From Octopus bimaculoides (lineage: Eukaryota), in the NCBI RefSeq assembly GCF_001194135.2, contig NC_069003.1, positions 370,061 through 434,060 of the forward strand: a stretch of DNA of 64,000 nucleotides, given 5' to 3'. The notes beneath the pieces were generated by a model. The model ran no database searches, had not been told where the DNA came from, and worked only from the letters and a program-made list of their open reading frames with translations. Position 1 is the stretch's first letter. The number at the start of each line of letters is the position of its first letter. Shown here in pieces: positions 12,953 to 26,454 of this stretch. Position numbers and translations under genes: made by a program.

Positions 12953-13569
12953 GTACCNNNNNNNNNNNNNNNNNNNNNNNNNNNNNNNNNNNNNNNNNNN
13001 NNNNNNNNNNNNNNNNNNNNNNNNNNNNNNNNNNNNNNCCACCACCATCACCACCACCACTGCCACCGACGCCGCCACCGCCGCCGCCACCGCCGCCGCC
13101 ACCTCCGCCGCCGACGACGACGACGACGCAGCAGCCAGTAATAAGGACAAGTTGAACAGCAGCAAGGAAAGAAAACAACTAAATAAAAAAAACCCCCACC
13201 ACCAATAACAATAATCACCACAAACAACAACAACAACAACCACCTTTCCACCCCCACACACTCCATACATAAATTACAGAAAGAAGAATAAAGGGAGAAT
13301 TAGATTGAATTAATGGAAGCTTAGCAGAAATCTTTCAGAAAAGAATCACTCAAGTTTAGCAATAAATAAATTACTAAATATATAGATAAAAATAGATTAA
13401 AAATGATGATGTTGGCGATGATGATGATGATGATGGTGTAGGTTATGATGATGATGATGATGGTGATGTGGATGATAAAAAAAAATATACACAATAATTG
13501 GCAAAGGAAGAAAAGGACAGGAAAACAGACATGCAAAATCAAAAAGATACCAAATATATGACAGAAATA

Positions 13570-13612
<43 letters not shown>

Positions 13613-13646
13613 GGTATATCAGTGTTTGTGTGTGTCTATATATCCC

Positions 13647-13860
13647 ATCATCATCATCATCAACATCGTTTTAGCATCTAATTTCCCAAGTTTGCTTGCA
13701 TGGGGCAGATGAGAATGATGCGTTGGAGTGGAGTTATGTCTAGCTGCATGGCCTTCTTGTCACCAATCCTCACTTGTTTCCAAGGAAAATAATAATCTTT
13801 CAGTCGAACAACAAACAAATATCAACTGGACACCTTTTATGCAAAGAACTGGAAACAAAT
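13647..13860 (-). mobile_element. Diverged (GAT)n-tailed RTE-type 3' end
   Basis: catcatcatcaacatcgttttagcatctaatttccc..gcttgcatgggg, similar to the tail region of other RTE 3' ends. Confidence 0.5.
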
Positions 13861-14432
13861 GAAACTGTATAAATGATTCTTTTGTTTACCTAGATTGTGC
13901 AACATGCCAAGACATGACAAGAAACCTAAACATGCTCTTGTGGTGGATTACAAGTAAATGACACTGTCAGGAAAGCCATTGTTTGCAACCAGTGAGCAAA
14001 CACATGGGAAGATGAGGGGAAATATGAACTCTCTCTCACACACAAACACACACAGACACGTGTACTCCTCCACTCCTGCTCTCACTTCTATCCCCAGCCC
14101 TAACCTTCTGTTAGTCTCTCTTCACGCTCTTATAACATCTCAACCCACTCCTGATCCACTGTCCACATCTTCTCTTCATCATTGATGCTTTGCTCTTTTG
14201 CTTACCTTCTTCCCAGCTACATCCACCCTGATATATAAAGCATTGGATCCACATATCTTCTCTATTGCAAAACACCTGTGCTTGTCCCTATGCCTTACTT
14301 TAACCACCTAACACCTGGCATACACCTGCTTCTCTCCTCTTGCAAATACTCCCCTCACTCACCCATTAATTCAAAACGGGATTTTTCATTTTCTTGTTCT
14401 TTTCCAGCCTTTAAAGTTATGTGATGACCTCA

Positions 14433-14636
14433 CTAGCGCTGGTGGCATATAAAAAAAATACTCCGTACACACCGTAATGTGGTTGGCATTAGAAAGGGCA
14501 TCCAGCTGCAGAGACCATGCCAAAACAGACGACTGCATTGAGCTCCAGCTCAATGCAGTCCTGCAGTTCACTGGAGGGTGTCAAACAGTCCAACCCAAGC
14601 CAGCATAGAAGAAAAAAAACGTTAAATGATGATGCT
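14433..14636 (+). mobile_element. RTE LINE 3'UTR fragment
   Basis: gctggtggcatataaaa..gtggttggcattagaaagggcatccagctgcagagaccatgccaaaacagac..cgttaaatgatgatg. Confidence 0.75.
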
Positions 14637-14849
14637 GGTGATATATAAATGGTGTATATTAGATGCATCTTGGACGCTCTACAACAAATTACAAAGAATA
14701 CAAAACAAGATGATATGCTCACATCATAACAGTTTGTATACACCTACAGACCACTTCCACAAAACAAAAAGATGTTAAATGAAAGACCCCTGCTGGAAAT
14801 ATGACAGGCACGATCTATATTTGTTAAGTGTGTGTGTGTGTGTGTGGTC

Positions 14850-14919
14850 ATGAGGGCCAGGTCATCAGCATAGAGGAGCTCCCCTGGGAGCTCCTCTATG
14901 CTGATGACCTGGCCCTCAT
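14850..14919. repeat. Perfect 34-bp inverted repeat (2-nt loop) at the 5' junction of an RTE insertion
   Basis: 14850-14883 is the exact reverse complement of 14886-14919; the right arm encodes WELLYADDLALI. Confidence 0.95.
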
Positions 14920-15830
14920 AGCAGTTTTCCCTACCAGAAGTAGAGAAGAAATTTCAGGTGTGGAAGCAAGGTTTAGAATCGAAGGGCCTTAGAGCCAATG
15001 TTGCAAAGACCACAATTCTAGTAAGTAGGAAGGCAAACACATCACACACCCCTTCAGGTAGGTGGCCCTGCTTGATCTGTAGAAAAGGTGTGGGTAGAAA
15101 CTCCATAGGATGTACTCAGTGTAAGCTATGGGCACATAAGAGGTGCAACAACATCAAAGGAAGATTAACTCGGACGATAGCTTTCATGTGTGACAGATAC
15201 ACTGCGGCAATAAACACCACAGATGCTCAGAAAACCGATTCCATCACATGCCAGGGGAAGAAACTAGAAGTAGTTGATAGCTTCCGCGACCTAGGTGACC
15301 AAGTCTGTAGTGGGGGGGGGGATGCTCAGAGAATGTTACCGCTAGAATAAGAATAGCCTGGGCAAAGTTCAGAAAGCTCCTACCCCCACTGGTAACAAAG
15401 GCCTCTCTCTCAGAGTGAAAGGTAGATTGTTTGATGCATGTGTGCGAACTGCCATACTTCACAGTAGTGAAATATGAGCTGTAACTACTGAAGACATGCG
15501 TAGGCTTGAAAGAAATGAAGCTAGCATGATCCGCTGGATGTATAATGTCAATGTGCACACATGACAGAGTGTGAGCGCCCCAAGAGAAATGTTGGACATA
15601 AGAAGCATCAGATGTGACGTGCATTGGTATGGTCATGTACTACGGATGGATGAGGAAAGCAGTGTGAAGAGGTGCCACTCCCAAACAGTGGAAGGAATCC
15701 GGGGTAGGAGGAGACCCAGGAAGATATGGGATGAGGTGGTGAAGCATGACCTTTGAACGTTGGGCCTCACAGAGGCAATGACAAAAGACCAAGACCTCTG
15801 GAGATATGCTGTGACTGAGAAGACCCAACA
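14881..15830 (+). mobile_element. 5'-truncated RTE-clade LINE ORF2 (RT from YADD, PHD-like insertion, C-terminal domain), pseudogenised
   Basis: PWELLYADDL..WKQGLESKGLRANVAKT..CLIC..CTQCKLWAHKRC..DSFRDLGDQV..ARIRIAWAKFR..HWYGHVLRMDEE..GRRRPRKIWDEVVKHDL..DLWRYAVTEK; several frameshifts and stops. Confidence 0.95.
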
Positions 15831-15847
15831 GAGAGAGAGAGGGAGAA

Positions 15848-15882
<35 letters not shown>

Positions 15883-16384
15883 GTGAGGGAGAGAGAGGTG
15901 AGTGTGTGTGTTTGTGGGGGGGGGGGGCAAAGTATGTCAATGAAAGTCATAGTAAAATGTAAAAACAGCAGAATGTAAAGTAACGAGCGATGTTCAGCAT
16001 TGGAAAATATTAATACAAATAATCCAAACAGAGAAACACAAAGAATTCACAATGAGAAAGAAGAGAGATCTAATGTTTTATGGTAGAATCCTTCATCGGA
16101 GATGAAATGCTAAATGGCTTTGCAGGATGAACATATTATGAGTAAATGCGGGTGGGAGGAAGAAGCATGGTAACTTTAATAAGAATAATAATAATAATAA
16201 TGAAGGAGAAAGGGGAGGTAACAGAGAGTAACCTGTGTTAGGAAGGGGTGACAACTATCAGAGCCAGGAGAAATAAGTAAAGCCTGCAGATTTGGAAAAA
16301 GTTGACAAGTGGCAGAGACCCGTTTTGTTAGCGATCATTTACATAGCAATCAGACGGAGCTGGACTACAATTAATATGTATATA

Positions 16385-16730
16385 TTCTTTTATTCTTTTA
16401 CGTGTTTCAGTCATCTGACTGCGGCCATGCTGGAGCACTGCCTTTAGTCGAGCAAATCGACATCAGGACTTATTCTATTGGTCTTTTTTGCCGAACCGCT
16501 AAGTTACGGGGACGCAAACACGCCAGCACCGGTTCTCAAGCAATGTTGGGGGGGAGAAACACACACACATACAATGGGCTTCTTTCAGTTTCCGTCTACC
16601 AAATCCACTCACAAGGCTTTAGTCGGCCTCAGGCTATAGTAGAAGACACTTGCCCAACGTGCCACACAGTGGGACTGAACCCAGAATCATGTGGTTGGTA
16701 AGCAAGCTACTTACCACACAGCCACTCCTG
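16385..16730 (-). mobile_element. Full-length CORE-type (octopus OR-like) tRNA SINE
   Basis: Minus strand: head gtggctgtgtggtaag..ctgggttcagtccc (A/B boxes), CORE-like gcacgttgggcaagtgtcttc, CA tract, 3' gactgaaacacgtaaaagaataaaagaata tail. Confidence 0.85.
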
Positions 16731-16799
<69 letters not shown>

Positions 16800-16802
<3 letters not shown>

Positions 16803-16920
16803 TGGTGTAGACAACAAACAGATGTATTAGTTTAACGCTTGGGAAGTGAAAGGGTCTTTAACGTTTTGAGCCTATGCTCTTCCACAGAAAGGGACACAGA
16901 AAGAAACAAAGAGAGAAAAT
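16800..16920 (-). mobile_element. TA-embedded repeat with hammerhead-like motif, second copy
   Basis: Minus strand ccctttctgtggaagagcataggctcaaaacgttaaagac; follows a long (TA)n. Confidence 0.55.
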
Positions 16921-17078
16921 GCACTAAGTATAAGGACAAGGTAAAATTGCTATTTGCTTTTAGAGCAAGTTGATGCAGGTAGTTTATCCTGTCCCTCTCT
17001 GACTTTTAGTTCATGCAGTTGATAAAACCACATTATTTATGGGATGACCCAATATATTTACACACACACACTCCTGCA

Positions 17079-17300
17079 CATCATCATCATCATCTAATGT
17101 CTAGTTTCCAGGCTTGATATGGGCTGATTGGTTTGACAAGATTTGAGGAGTTGGTGAATAATATCATATTCCAATGTTTGGCACATGGCTTGTATGGGTT
17201 TGTATGCATCGGGACCAGTGAACATTGGTTTGTAACTTGCAAAGTGGAGGGCCTAAAGTGATCCCTATAACTGAAGAAGATCGGAAGAGTGCATTGGGGA
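17079..17300 (-). mobile_element. Diverged (GAT)n-tailed RTE-type 3' end
   Basis: catcatcatcatctaatgtctagtttcc tail signature; body highly decayed. Confidence 0.4.
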
Positions 17301-17466
17301 TAATTTTAGGTGGATAGATGAGGGCTGTTGCAATAGGATGGGAGAGTAGTAGAGTTGTCATTAAGTGTATAGGGGGAGTATAGTAGGGAACAGGGGAGAG
17401 GGAAGGGATTACTGATAAGGGTTGTTTTGAAAATGATGGGAATGAAGTTGAAAGGTGATGGGTCAA

Positions 17467-17497
<31 letters not shown>

Positions 17498-17729
17498 GTG
17501 AGATCTAGTGCTACCTAATATAAATGTTGAGTAAGGATAGAAGGGAAAGGGAACAGGAAAGGACAAATAGATTATGGAGGCAAGAAATCTTGAAAGCCAT
17601 TGAAAGAAAGAGGGGTGTGGGGGGAGAAATTGTTGGGATATGCCAGAAGCACAGTGAATGAGAGCAGTGAGAAAGGGACATTGAAGGGCACCATAAGGTT
17701 AGGAGGAAGGGAAATATCAAAAAGAAATG

Positions 17730-17885
17730 CCAGTACACATTGTGAAATAGTTGATGTTAGGTAAAATATCCAGCCATAGAGACCAAATGAAAATGTAATG
17801 TGAGATGAGGTCTGGATCTGTCTTGGTGAGTAGATACGTCCTACCCACGATTGGACGGACATAAAATGATGAGGATGATGATGAT
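17730..17885 (+). mobile_element. Diverged RTE 3'UTR fragment
   Basis: cagtacacattgtgaaatagttgatgttagg..tatccagccatagagacc..ggacataaaatgatgaggatgatg. Confidence 0.55.
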
Positions 17886-19704
17886 ATATATATATACAAA
17901 TACATTGGAAAAATTATAAATATACATGTGTGCGCATGTGCACACACACACACACACACACACACAGGTAATGAAACATGTAAGTACATGCAAAGGATAT
18001 ATAATTTATGGTAACCTAATCTCATAGATGCATGTTTACAAATTCACTCTTTACATTTTGACTTTTCCACTGACAAGGGACATTACTATGCATGCTACAG
18101 TCTGCCTGGCTGACAAAAAGTTCTCTTCCTGATTTGCAACATTAACAACATTATTGTGAATTGAATGTTTACAACAACCATTAGGTGATGTACATTTTTT
18201 TTTAGCCTCAAACTGCTTGGCTCTTTATAGGCTCCACTCCAATTCCACACTGGATTATTTTGAGAGGTGGATTTACAGATATATATAGTTAATATTAAAA
18301 GACAAAAATCTTGAAGAATATGTAAACATGAAAATTTGGTTACTCTGTAGCTTTCTTTTGTCTTTGATTGCTCAAGTAACAACAACAACTGCCATCAGAA
18401 GCACATCAACAAATAATAAGCACGGATACCACCATTGCCGTTATATCAACTGCTACCACGATCACAACCATAACTACCACCACCGCAGCAACTAGCACCA
18501 GTACCACAACAATATGGACAACAGCACTAGTACCAACTACTTTGACCATCACAAGAACAACAACTGCTACAGCTACAACAACAATAGTAAACAAATAGCA
18601 ATAAAATTCCCTGCTGACGTCATCACTGGCACCATTGCTGCTACTGCAACAGCAACAACAACCGTTATTTCCTTACTACCACACCAATGATGACAAAAAT
18701 CCCCATCAGTACCATCCCAACAATCAGTACCAATTCCTATACAACAACAACAACAACAACAACAGTGACAACAACAATGATAATATAAATGTTTAGTTCA
18801 TACCTCAAATTGACCTCTGGTTGTTAAGGTACTTAACTGAAAAACGTGAAAGAAAGGAAGGGAAAACGAAAATATAATATCTGGTGGAAGACATATATGA
18901 ACAACACTCTTAAGATTTGCAATTTTTCACTAAAAAAGTATACACAGACACTAGTAATATCATCATCATCATCTCTTCAATTGTATCATTCATTCTTTTT
19001 TATTAACATGGGATGGTTAGGTTTACAATGCACTCTGTCGTCCCTCTTCTCTATACTGTAGCATATATATAGTGATATATCACATGCATTCTGAATATTG
19101 TGCCATATATATATATAGACTAACAAGGGGGTTGGATAAGTCTACAATACACCATATCATCTCTTCCTCTCAATGCTGTATTGCATATCATCTGAAGGGG
19201 ACAATATATCTCCAGACTTAATCTTCATATTTTTTCAAGCCTTCCATGATTTACTTTAGACATTGTCTCCCACTTTATACAGATCTTGTTCATTCTGCAG
19301 CAATTATAGTCATCCATACTTTCCTCTTCCCCCCACTCATAATCACCACCACCACTGCCACCAGTCACCACCACTTTACTCTCCATACATTTATGTATAA
19401 ACTAGTTATATTCTGATTCTTCACTTCCCATAATGGTAAGCAAAAGAGATTTCCTCTTGATAGGATGGAGGTCTAGATAGTTTATTTCATAGAAGATTGG
19501 TCTCTGATCTTTGTGCCCACAATTCACTCATTTTCACAGCACTGTAACTGCTTAGAGTTGTAGAGCATAATCCACCCTCATGGTACCTTATGGCTATATA
19601 TACCATTGCATCCAATAGTATCTTCTTAGAAATATCAGCCACACCATCTGGTACCCAATACTTTGTCTGGTACCCCATACTTTGAGGCAAAACCCTGTGT
19701 ATTG

Positions 19705-19866
19705 ATTGTTGCTCTTATGACCCATCAGACTATCAGTGAAAGCATTCCAGTCAGAGTAACCTCAGTTTAATTTCATGCATAATGTGTCTAGGACTATAGT
19801 ATCCAAAGTGTTCCTTTTTAAAGACAGTAAGGTGTGATTTTGAAATGTGGCTGCCATGTTTAGCAT
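19705..19866 (-). mobile_element. (AAC)n-tailed repeat family copy
   Basis: gcattccagtcagagtaacc..tttttaaagacagtaaggtgtgattttgaaatgtggctgccatgtttagca matches family motifs. Confidence 0.55.
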
Positions 19867-19889
19867 GTGAAACAACTGTATATATGCTC

Positions 19890-19942
<53 letters not shown>

Positions 19943-20623
19943 TTCATTTTTAGGTAAGGTATGAAGGCCATATATTTTAGGGGATATGGAGAACTGAGAT
20001 ATAGTCATGCTGTTTTGCCTTCCTAAACAAAGCATGAAGGCCCAGTACTTTGAGATACAGAAATATTGTCATGTGGGAGTAATTCTACATCTGTAGGGTT
20101 ACATGTTTGGTTCTAGCAACAACAGGAAAACTCAAAAATCAACATCCACAGAGAAACACCAAACAAAAACAACAAGCACACAAGAACCAGTCTTCATCAA
20201 CTTGAATGTTTTAAGTAGAAACAGGGAGTTGGTGAGGTACATAGTGTAGCATCCCCCACAAATACAAACAAAAATTAAGTTTTAAAGAGCTTCTCTCCCG
20301 AGTTTCATCTTTAGAGAGATGTTTTTAAAACCAAAGTTTCTGATAATGATGTTGTTAGATATCTATATATCCCTAAGGGCAAAATTTCTATGACACACAA
20401 GAATTTTCTCTAACAGAGAGGACAAAAGACTTTTGGAAGTGCATATCAAAGAATTCTACCTCTCTGAAAATACCAAATTGCTCATCCTTCCTCATGTCCA
20501 AAATAAGACACTTCACTTAGTTTCCTTTTTCCATCCAACATGGCACACTCAGAGGAGGATTTATAAATGTATGTGGCATGAGAGCAAAGTCACTTGCTCA
20601 GTAACCTCAGATCACTAGATAGA

Positions 20624-20800
20624 GATGTGAGCTGGCAGAAACGTTAGCATGCCGGGTGAAATGCTTAGTGATGTTTCGTCTGCCGTTATGTTCTGAGTTC
20701 AAATTCCGCCGAGGTCGACTTTGTAATCGACTTAATCCCGTTGTCTGTCCTTGTTTGTCCCCTCTATGTTTAGCCCCTTGTGGGCAATAACGAAATAAGA
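20624..20800 (+). mobile_element. Young tRNA-derived SINE (second family) with internal deletion
   Basis: gagctggcagaaacgttagcatgccggg (A box), ctgagttcaaattccgccgaggtcgacttt (B box); CpG-rich; lacks about 55 bp present in the copy at 59185-59397. Confidence 0.85.
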
Positions 20801-21399
20801 TACAGATGTGATAACCATCAGTAAAACCCAAATTTCCAGAAGGCACACATATACTCATCTTAACCCTGTCAGACCTGGGCTCCTGTACCTAACTTTACCC
20901 TCCATTTGAACTTCCGAGCAAAAAAAAAAAAAATATATGAATAGTTGCATATCCAGCTCAATAGTAATGATTGCTGGCAAACTAATGGACCGAATCACAA
21001 AAAATTCAGGAGAATAGAAAAAAATGGGCCTCTATCTCAACACTGCCATATTTGTTCACCTAAGTTGCTATTTTCTTCGTTACTTTCACCAGCTTGATTG
21101 CTTGAATCACTCTCATTGCCAGTGTAATTGTAAATTCTTCATCCAAAGAATAAATACCATCAAGAATTTCCTCAACTGCAAGAAGTCTAGGACTTGCTCA
21201 TTTACAAGATGAAATGCTGAATTCATCACACACTTGTTTCATCACAAACTCGTTTAATTTTGTTCAATTAAAAACAAAAGTAAACAACAGCCATGAGGGA
21301 CACTATTAATAACGAGTCACAAACACACTTGACTGCAAACCTGCAATGCGATAAGTTGTCTAATTTTAGTATTTTATCTTCTTTTCCTCTGTGTTGTTC

Positions 21400-23340
21400 A
21401 TCACCACTTCAGCAGGAATCCAGCAGGGATGACATTTAAGCCATTCCCACTGTAGTAAGAATATAGCTTGACATCTTTAAGTGACTACAAAGTATGCATG
21501 TCTTGTAGTCAGCCTAGATCAGACAGCATGATGGCAGTGTTGTTTTGAAAGGTTTCGATTTCAAGGTAAAAGACCAATCTACTCAGGTGGGAAGTTAGTG
21601 ATGTTGAATGTGGACAGCAGTGAAGGAAAGCTGAACATTCAAACGGGGGCCATTCATTTTCCAATTGGAGGGGAAGTGTTATGGGGAATGTCCTGCTCTT
21701 TAGAAGAATGGCATTTTAGATGGACACTGAAAGTGTGTGAGATTAGCCAGCAAGAGAGGTGAAAAGATTTTTCAAACCTGCTCAGATAGTTTTGACAGGT
21801 TTTCTGAAAAGCATTTGTAAGGACATAGAGTAACCTGTTTAGGTCATCCAGATCTTATTTAAATAAGTTATTTGTTAGGTCAGCAGACAGAGATGTTGTA
21901 GGATGTTCACATTTCTAACCAGTCAGCCACACAGACCACAAATTTGTAATTTGTATGATCAATCTAGATGCACAGACAAAGACTTAGTTTCTGGATCTTG
22001 AATGAACTTTTTTATGATATAAAATCTTTTCTGATTTGATTAATGAATTAGGTGGCAGTTTGTAACGAGCATCAACAACTGGTGATGGTGTACTCTGCAG
22101 AGAGTGATTAGAGCAGTTAAGAAATAGCTTAGAGAAGGGGCTAGTGAGGAAATTAGAAATGATATTGCAACTGATGTACTACTGGCAGTGCCACAACCAA
22201 TTTTTTAATGTGAAACACAATGACTGAACTAATGCATATGAGGAAGTGAAGGCCATTTGATGGATGAGGTGTAAGAGATGCAATATTGCAACAAATCCAT
22301 AATTCATTCTTTGATGGAATGGGATGGGCATGTGTAGTACAATTCCAAACAAACATATGCAGCTTTCAAGCAGAATTTTGCTCAACAGTTCAAGACTTAG
22401 AGATGGTAATAGATTTTAATGTCTACTTTGAGAGACTATTGTGGTTGTTGGCAAAGAATTGCAAAAAAGTGCAACAAAAATCACTGAAAAGAGCAGCTGT
22501 AATGCAGTTGGTGGTAAATGGTTGCATGAAGGCTGCCTCACCACATGGTTTGGATAGTCTTTTTTATAAGTTTTATATATACATACCAGTTGTCTTGGTA
22601 CATGACTAACAGCAGAACAGGAAATGCTCCTGTTCTGTGTCTTAGGAAGTGGTAGTGCTGCTTGGGAAGGACACAAATATTATTGCTGATGATGCATCGA
22701 CATGCATAGAAGCTGTAGCATTTGCAGAGCTTCCTTGACATTAGCAGCTGTTGTTCTTTGTCGGGTGAGTTTTTTTGTCTCTTTTACAAAGCTACAGATC
22801 TGAGCCAAACAGAGGCAAAGACTAGGTACATAGGATCTGAAATATTAATGCTTTCACCATCAACCAGTAGAGCAATGTGGCTGGTGGTACTTCCACACTA
22901 GTATTCCACAGAAGTTTATAGCAGAAAAGACAATAGTAAAGTGGCTTGTTCATTCAAGAGAGTCTTCAGTCTAGAGACTATAGATAACTTCCAGAAATTT
23001 CTGGCATGATTATGATACAAGAAACATTTTCAGTTTGAGATGAGGTTGATAGGCAGAGTAGTGTCTTAAAGTGGATGTCTGAGATGTGGATACATTTGAA
23101 AGAGTTGAAGGCAGACCTATCTCTCTGATGAAACTCACATCAGCTTCAGGTTTCGGGAGATGTTGGAGGAGAGGGAGTTATCATCTTAAATTTGATAAAA
23201 GCAGTGTAAGTTGTTAAAATGGTAAAAAGGCCTGGAGTTTGTCGATGAAAGAAGAAAAGTGCTTGAAGAGGAAGAGATATGCTTTGACGTGTACTGATCC
23301 TCTGTAGATGGCAGTTCTCTTCAACAAGTGTTTCTATTTA
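21400..23340 (-). mobile_element. Long, heavily decayed CR1/Jockey-group LINE remnant
   Basis: Minus-strand patches in expected order: RNFWKL, IKKTIQTM, LLSKILLESCI, WNCTTHAHPIPSKNE (cf. FWK..., LFxxCLxxxxFPxxWKxAxVxPIPKK); boundaries approximate. Confidence 0.5.
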
Positions 23341-23534
23341 GAGGTATTTTGTATTTCTTAGGTGTCTCATTTTGTCTTTATTAATTACCCCCCCCCCTCT
23401 ATTTACTGTATATGGGCACAAAACAAATTTGTAATCTTTGTTCTGAATTTTCATAAGATTCCTTGAGACCAGTAATTAAATCATAGTTAAGGACATTAAA
23501 AGGGTGATATATTATCAAACTAATTAGAATGAGA

Positions 23535-23722
23535 CACAAAATACCTTGTGGTATTTTTAGTTCTTTCTGCTTTGAATTTAAATCCTGCAGAGGTCAACTT
23601 TTCCTTTAATATGCCTGGGATTGATAAAATAAAGTACAAGTCAAGTACAGGGATCAATGACATAAACTAAACCCCTCTTATCAAAACGACTGTACTTGTA
23701 CTTCAGTTTGAAACAATTATTA
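23535..23722 (+). mobile_element. Diverged copy of second tRNA-SINE family
   Basis: tttgaatttaaatcctgcagaggtcaacttttcc..gattgataaaataaagtac..cagtttgaaacaattatt. Confidence 0.6.
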
Positions 23723-24511
23723 ACAAAATAAAAGGCCAAAAGTCATACGGTAACCCTAGGCCTAACGAAGGTCTCTAATTACCTTCCAATAAGGTCTGAG
23801 TCCAAAGTGCACTGTTGAGTTTGAAGTTAATATACACACATATATATATATATATATATGCATATCTTTGTCTGTCTGTCTGTCTATCTTTCTATATATA
23901 TATATATATATATATGTCTGTATAAGCAGTTATATTTACTCATATATACATACTCGTATATGCCTACTTGTACACATACAGGTTATAGATGCATAAATAC
24001 ATAAACACAAACACACATATATACACATGCATACATACTTAGAAAGTACCTACCTACAAACACACACACATTTTTTTAACATTAGCTCTTTCTTCTCTTA
24101 GAGTAATTGAATGTCATTCCTGTTAATAGAATTTTTTTTTTTATCACGGAGATGGTAGACATGAAGAAAAGGGGTGGTGGTGGTTTATTGTTGCCATCTT
24201 CACAGAGGAACAACGACGCCGCTTGGCTGCAAGTGAGCCATCATCAGTCTATGCAAGGAAACTCTGCATTCTGTATCAGTTGGCAGATGTGATTGAGTGG
24301 CTGTTGGAATTTTCTGGCAGATGTGCTGATTTACTCTACCACTGCCTCTCTTTATTCCCCCTCAGCTCTTCTTTTCAATGTGCACACACACATACATATG
24401 TAAGCACATGCTGAGGATGCTGCTTTGCACCACAAAACAAATGCATACAACACACACATACACACACACATACAAATCCCTCAGTACACAGTTACATATA
24501 GAAAATATCTA

Positions 24512-24554
<43 letters not shown>

Positions 24555-24859
24555 AACATGTTGATATAGGTGCATATATATATGTGTGTGTGTGTGTGTG
24601 TGTATCTCTCTATATATATCTATATATCTATATATGCTATATAAACTCTGCTTTGGAATAATGGATCTTGAAGCACACATAAAGCTATAAATAACGGCAT
24701 GTAAATTTGTATTGTTTTTTTGTGTGCTTCAAAAATCTACAATTCCAAACAAGCGTTGTTTTACCATATTCTCTTAAAAGTTTATGAAATTCTCATAATG
24801 TCAGCATTATATATAACGTGTTTACATATGTGTGTATATACATATTCTTTTATTTTTTT

Positions 24860-25009
24860 TATACATTTCAGTCATTTGACTGTGGCCATGTGGGAGCACC
24901 GCCTTAACAGGTTTTTTAGTTTAAGAAATTGACCCCTGGCCCTATTCTTTGTAAGCCTGGTACTTATTCTATCAGTCTCTTTTACTATCAAGCAATGGTG
25001 GGAGGACAA

Positions 25010-25070
<61 letters not shown>

Positions 25071-25242
25071 TGCATATGTAAGATGGGCTTCTTTCAGTTT
25101 CCGCCTACAAAATTCACTCACAAGGTTTGGTCTGCCAGACGCTATAGTAGGAGACAAATGCTCAAGGAGCCATACAGTGAGACTGAACCCAGAACCATGT
25201 GGTCGGGAAGCAAGGTTCTTACCACACAGCTACGCTTGTGCC
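24860..25242 (-). mobile_element. Near full-length CORE-type (OR-like) SINE
   Basis: Colinear with 16385-16730, with an expanded (CA)n centre. Confidence 0.85.
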
Positions 25243-25261
25243 TATAAATGTGTGTGTCTGG

Positions 25262-25312
<51 letters not shown>

Positions 25313-25692
25313 AATAAGGATAAGATCGATATTTAAAATATTGATCTTATCAAGTGGTCAGCATGGGAATAAAAACCATCAAAGGTAATAATTATTTAAA
25401 ATTATAATACAGGGTATCAAGAGATACCACCATGCTGAAAAAATAGCAGTCAAATCCTGACTCTAAAACCACNNNNNNNNNNNNNNNNNNNNNNNNNNNN
25501 NNNNNNNNNNNNNNNNNNNNNNNNNNNNNNNNNNNNNNNNNNNNNNNNNNNNNNNNNNNNNNNNNNNNNNNNNNNNNNNNNNNNNNNNNNNNNNNNNNNN
25601 NNNNNNNNNNNNNNNNNNNNNNNNNNNNNNNNNNNNNNNNNNNNNNNNNNNNNNNNNNNNNNNNNNNNNNNNNNNNNNNNNNNNGTGTCTGG

Positions 25693-25744
<52 letters not shown>

Positions 25745-25793
25745 GTGTGTGTGTGTATGTATATATATATATATATGTATGTGTACATATATA

Positions 25794-25845
<52 letters not shown>

Positions 25846-26298
25846 TATGTATACATATATATATTTACATACATATATACATACATATATTTATATGCAT
25901 ATATATATATATATATACCCACCCATGCTAGCATGGAAGACAGACGTTAAACGATGACGATGATGACAATGTGACATATATATGTATAAAGTTTTCAGAT
26001 TCAAGAGAATCAGGTGCTTAAATAGTGAAAACACCAACGTCAGGTTGGTGATTGTGTATAAACAGTGTATAACAACAAACACTGACTAAAGTAAATACGG
26101 CTTTGCTCTCCTGTTCTGCACACATTCACAAATAGCTGACTGAATACACAACGAGTCATCAAGGTCACACATAGATACGCTCACTACAACTATTGCACTG
26201 CCATCTATAATAGACTCTAGATCCAAACAAATTGCAGGTTCCAAGTTAGGGGAAGGATAAGCAATAACAATATATATTTACTATTTACTATTTACTGA

Positions 26299-26393
<95 letters not shown>

Positions 26394-26454
26394 GTGTGTG
26401 TGTGTATATATATATATATGTATAAAATATATGATAGATGTGCACATACAAACA

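Noticed and set aside
12890-13145. (CAG)n, (CCG)n, (GAC)n tracts suggesting a polyQ/polyA/polyP protein
   Set aside because: No splice-bounded open frame with complex sequence; trinucleotide tracts of many kinds are scattered throughout this window.
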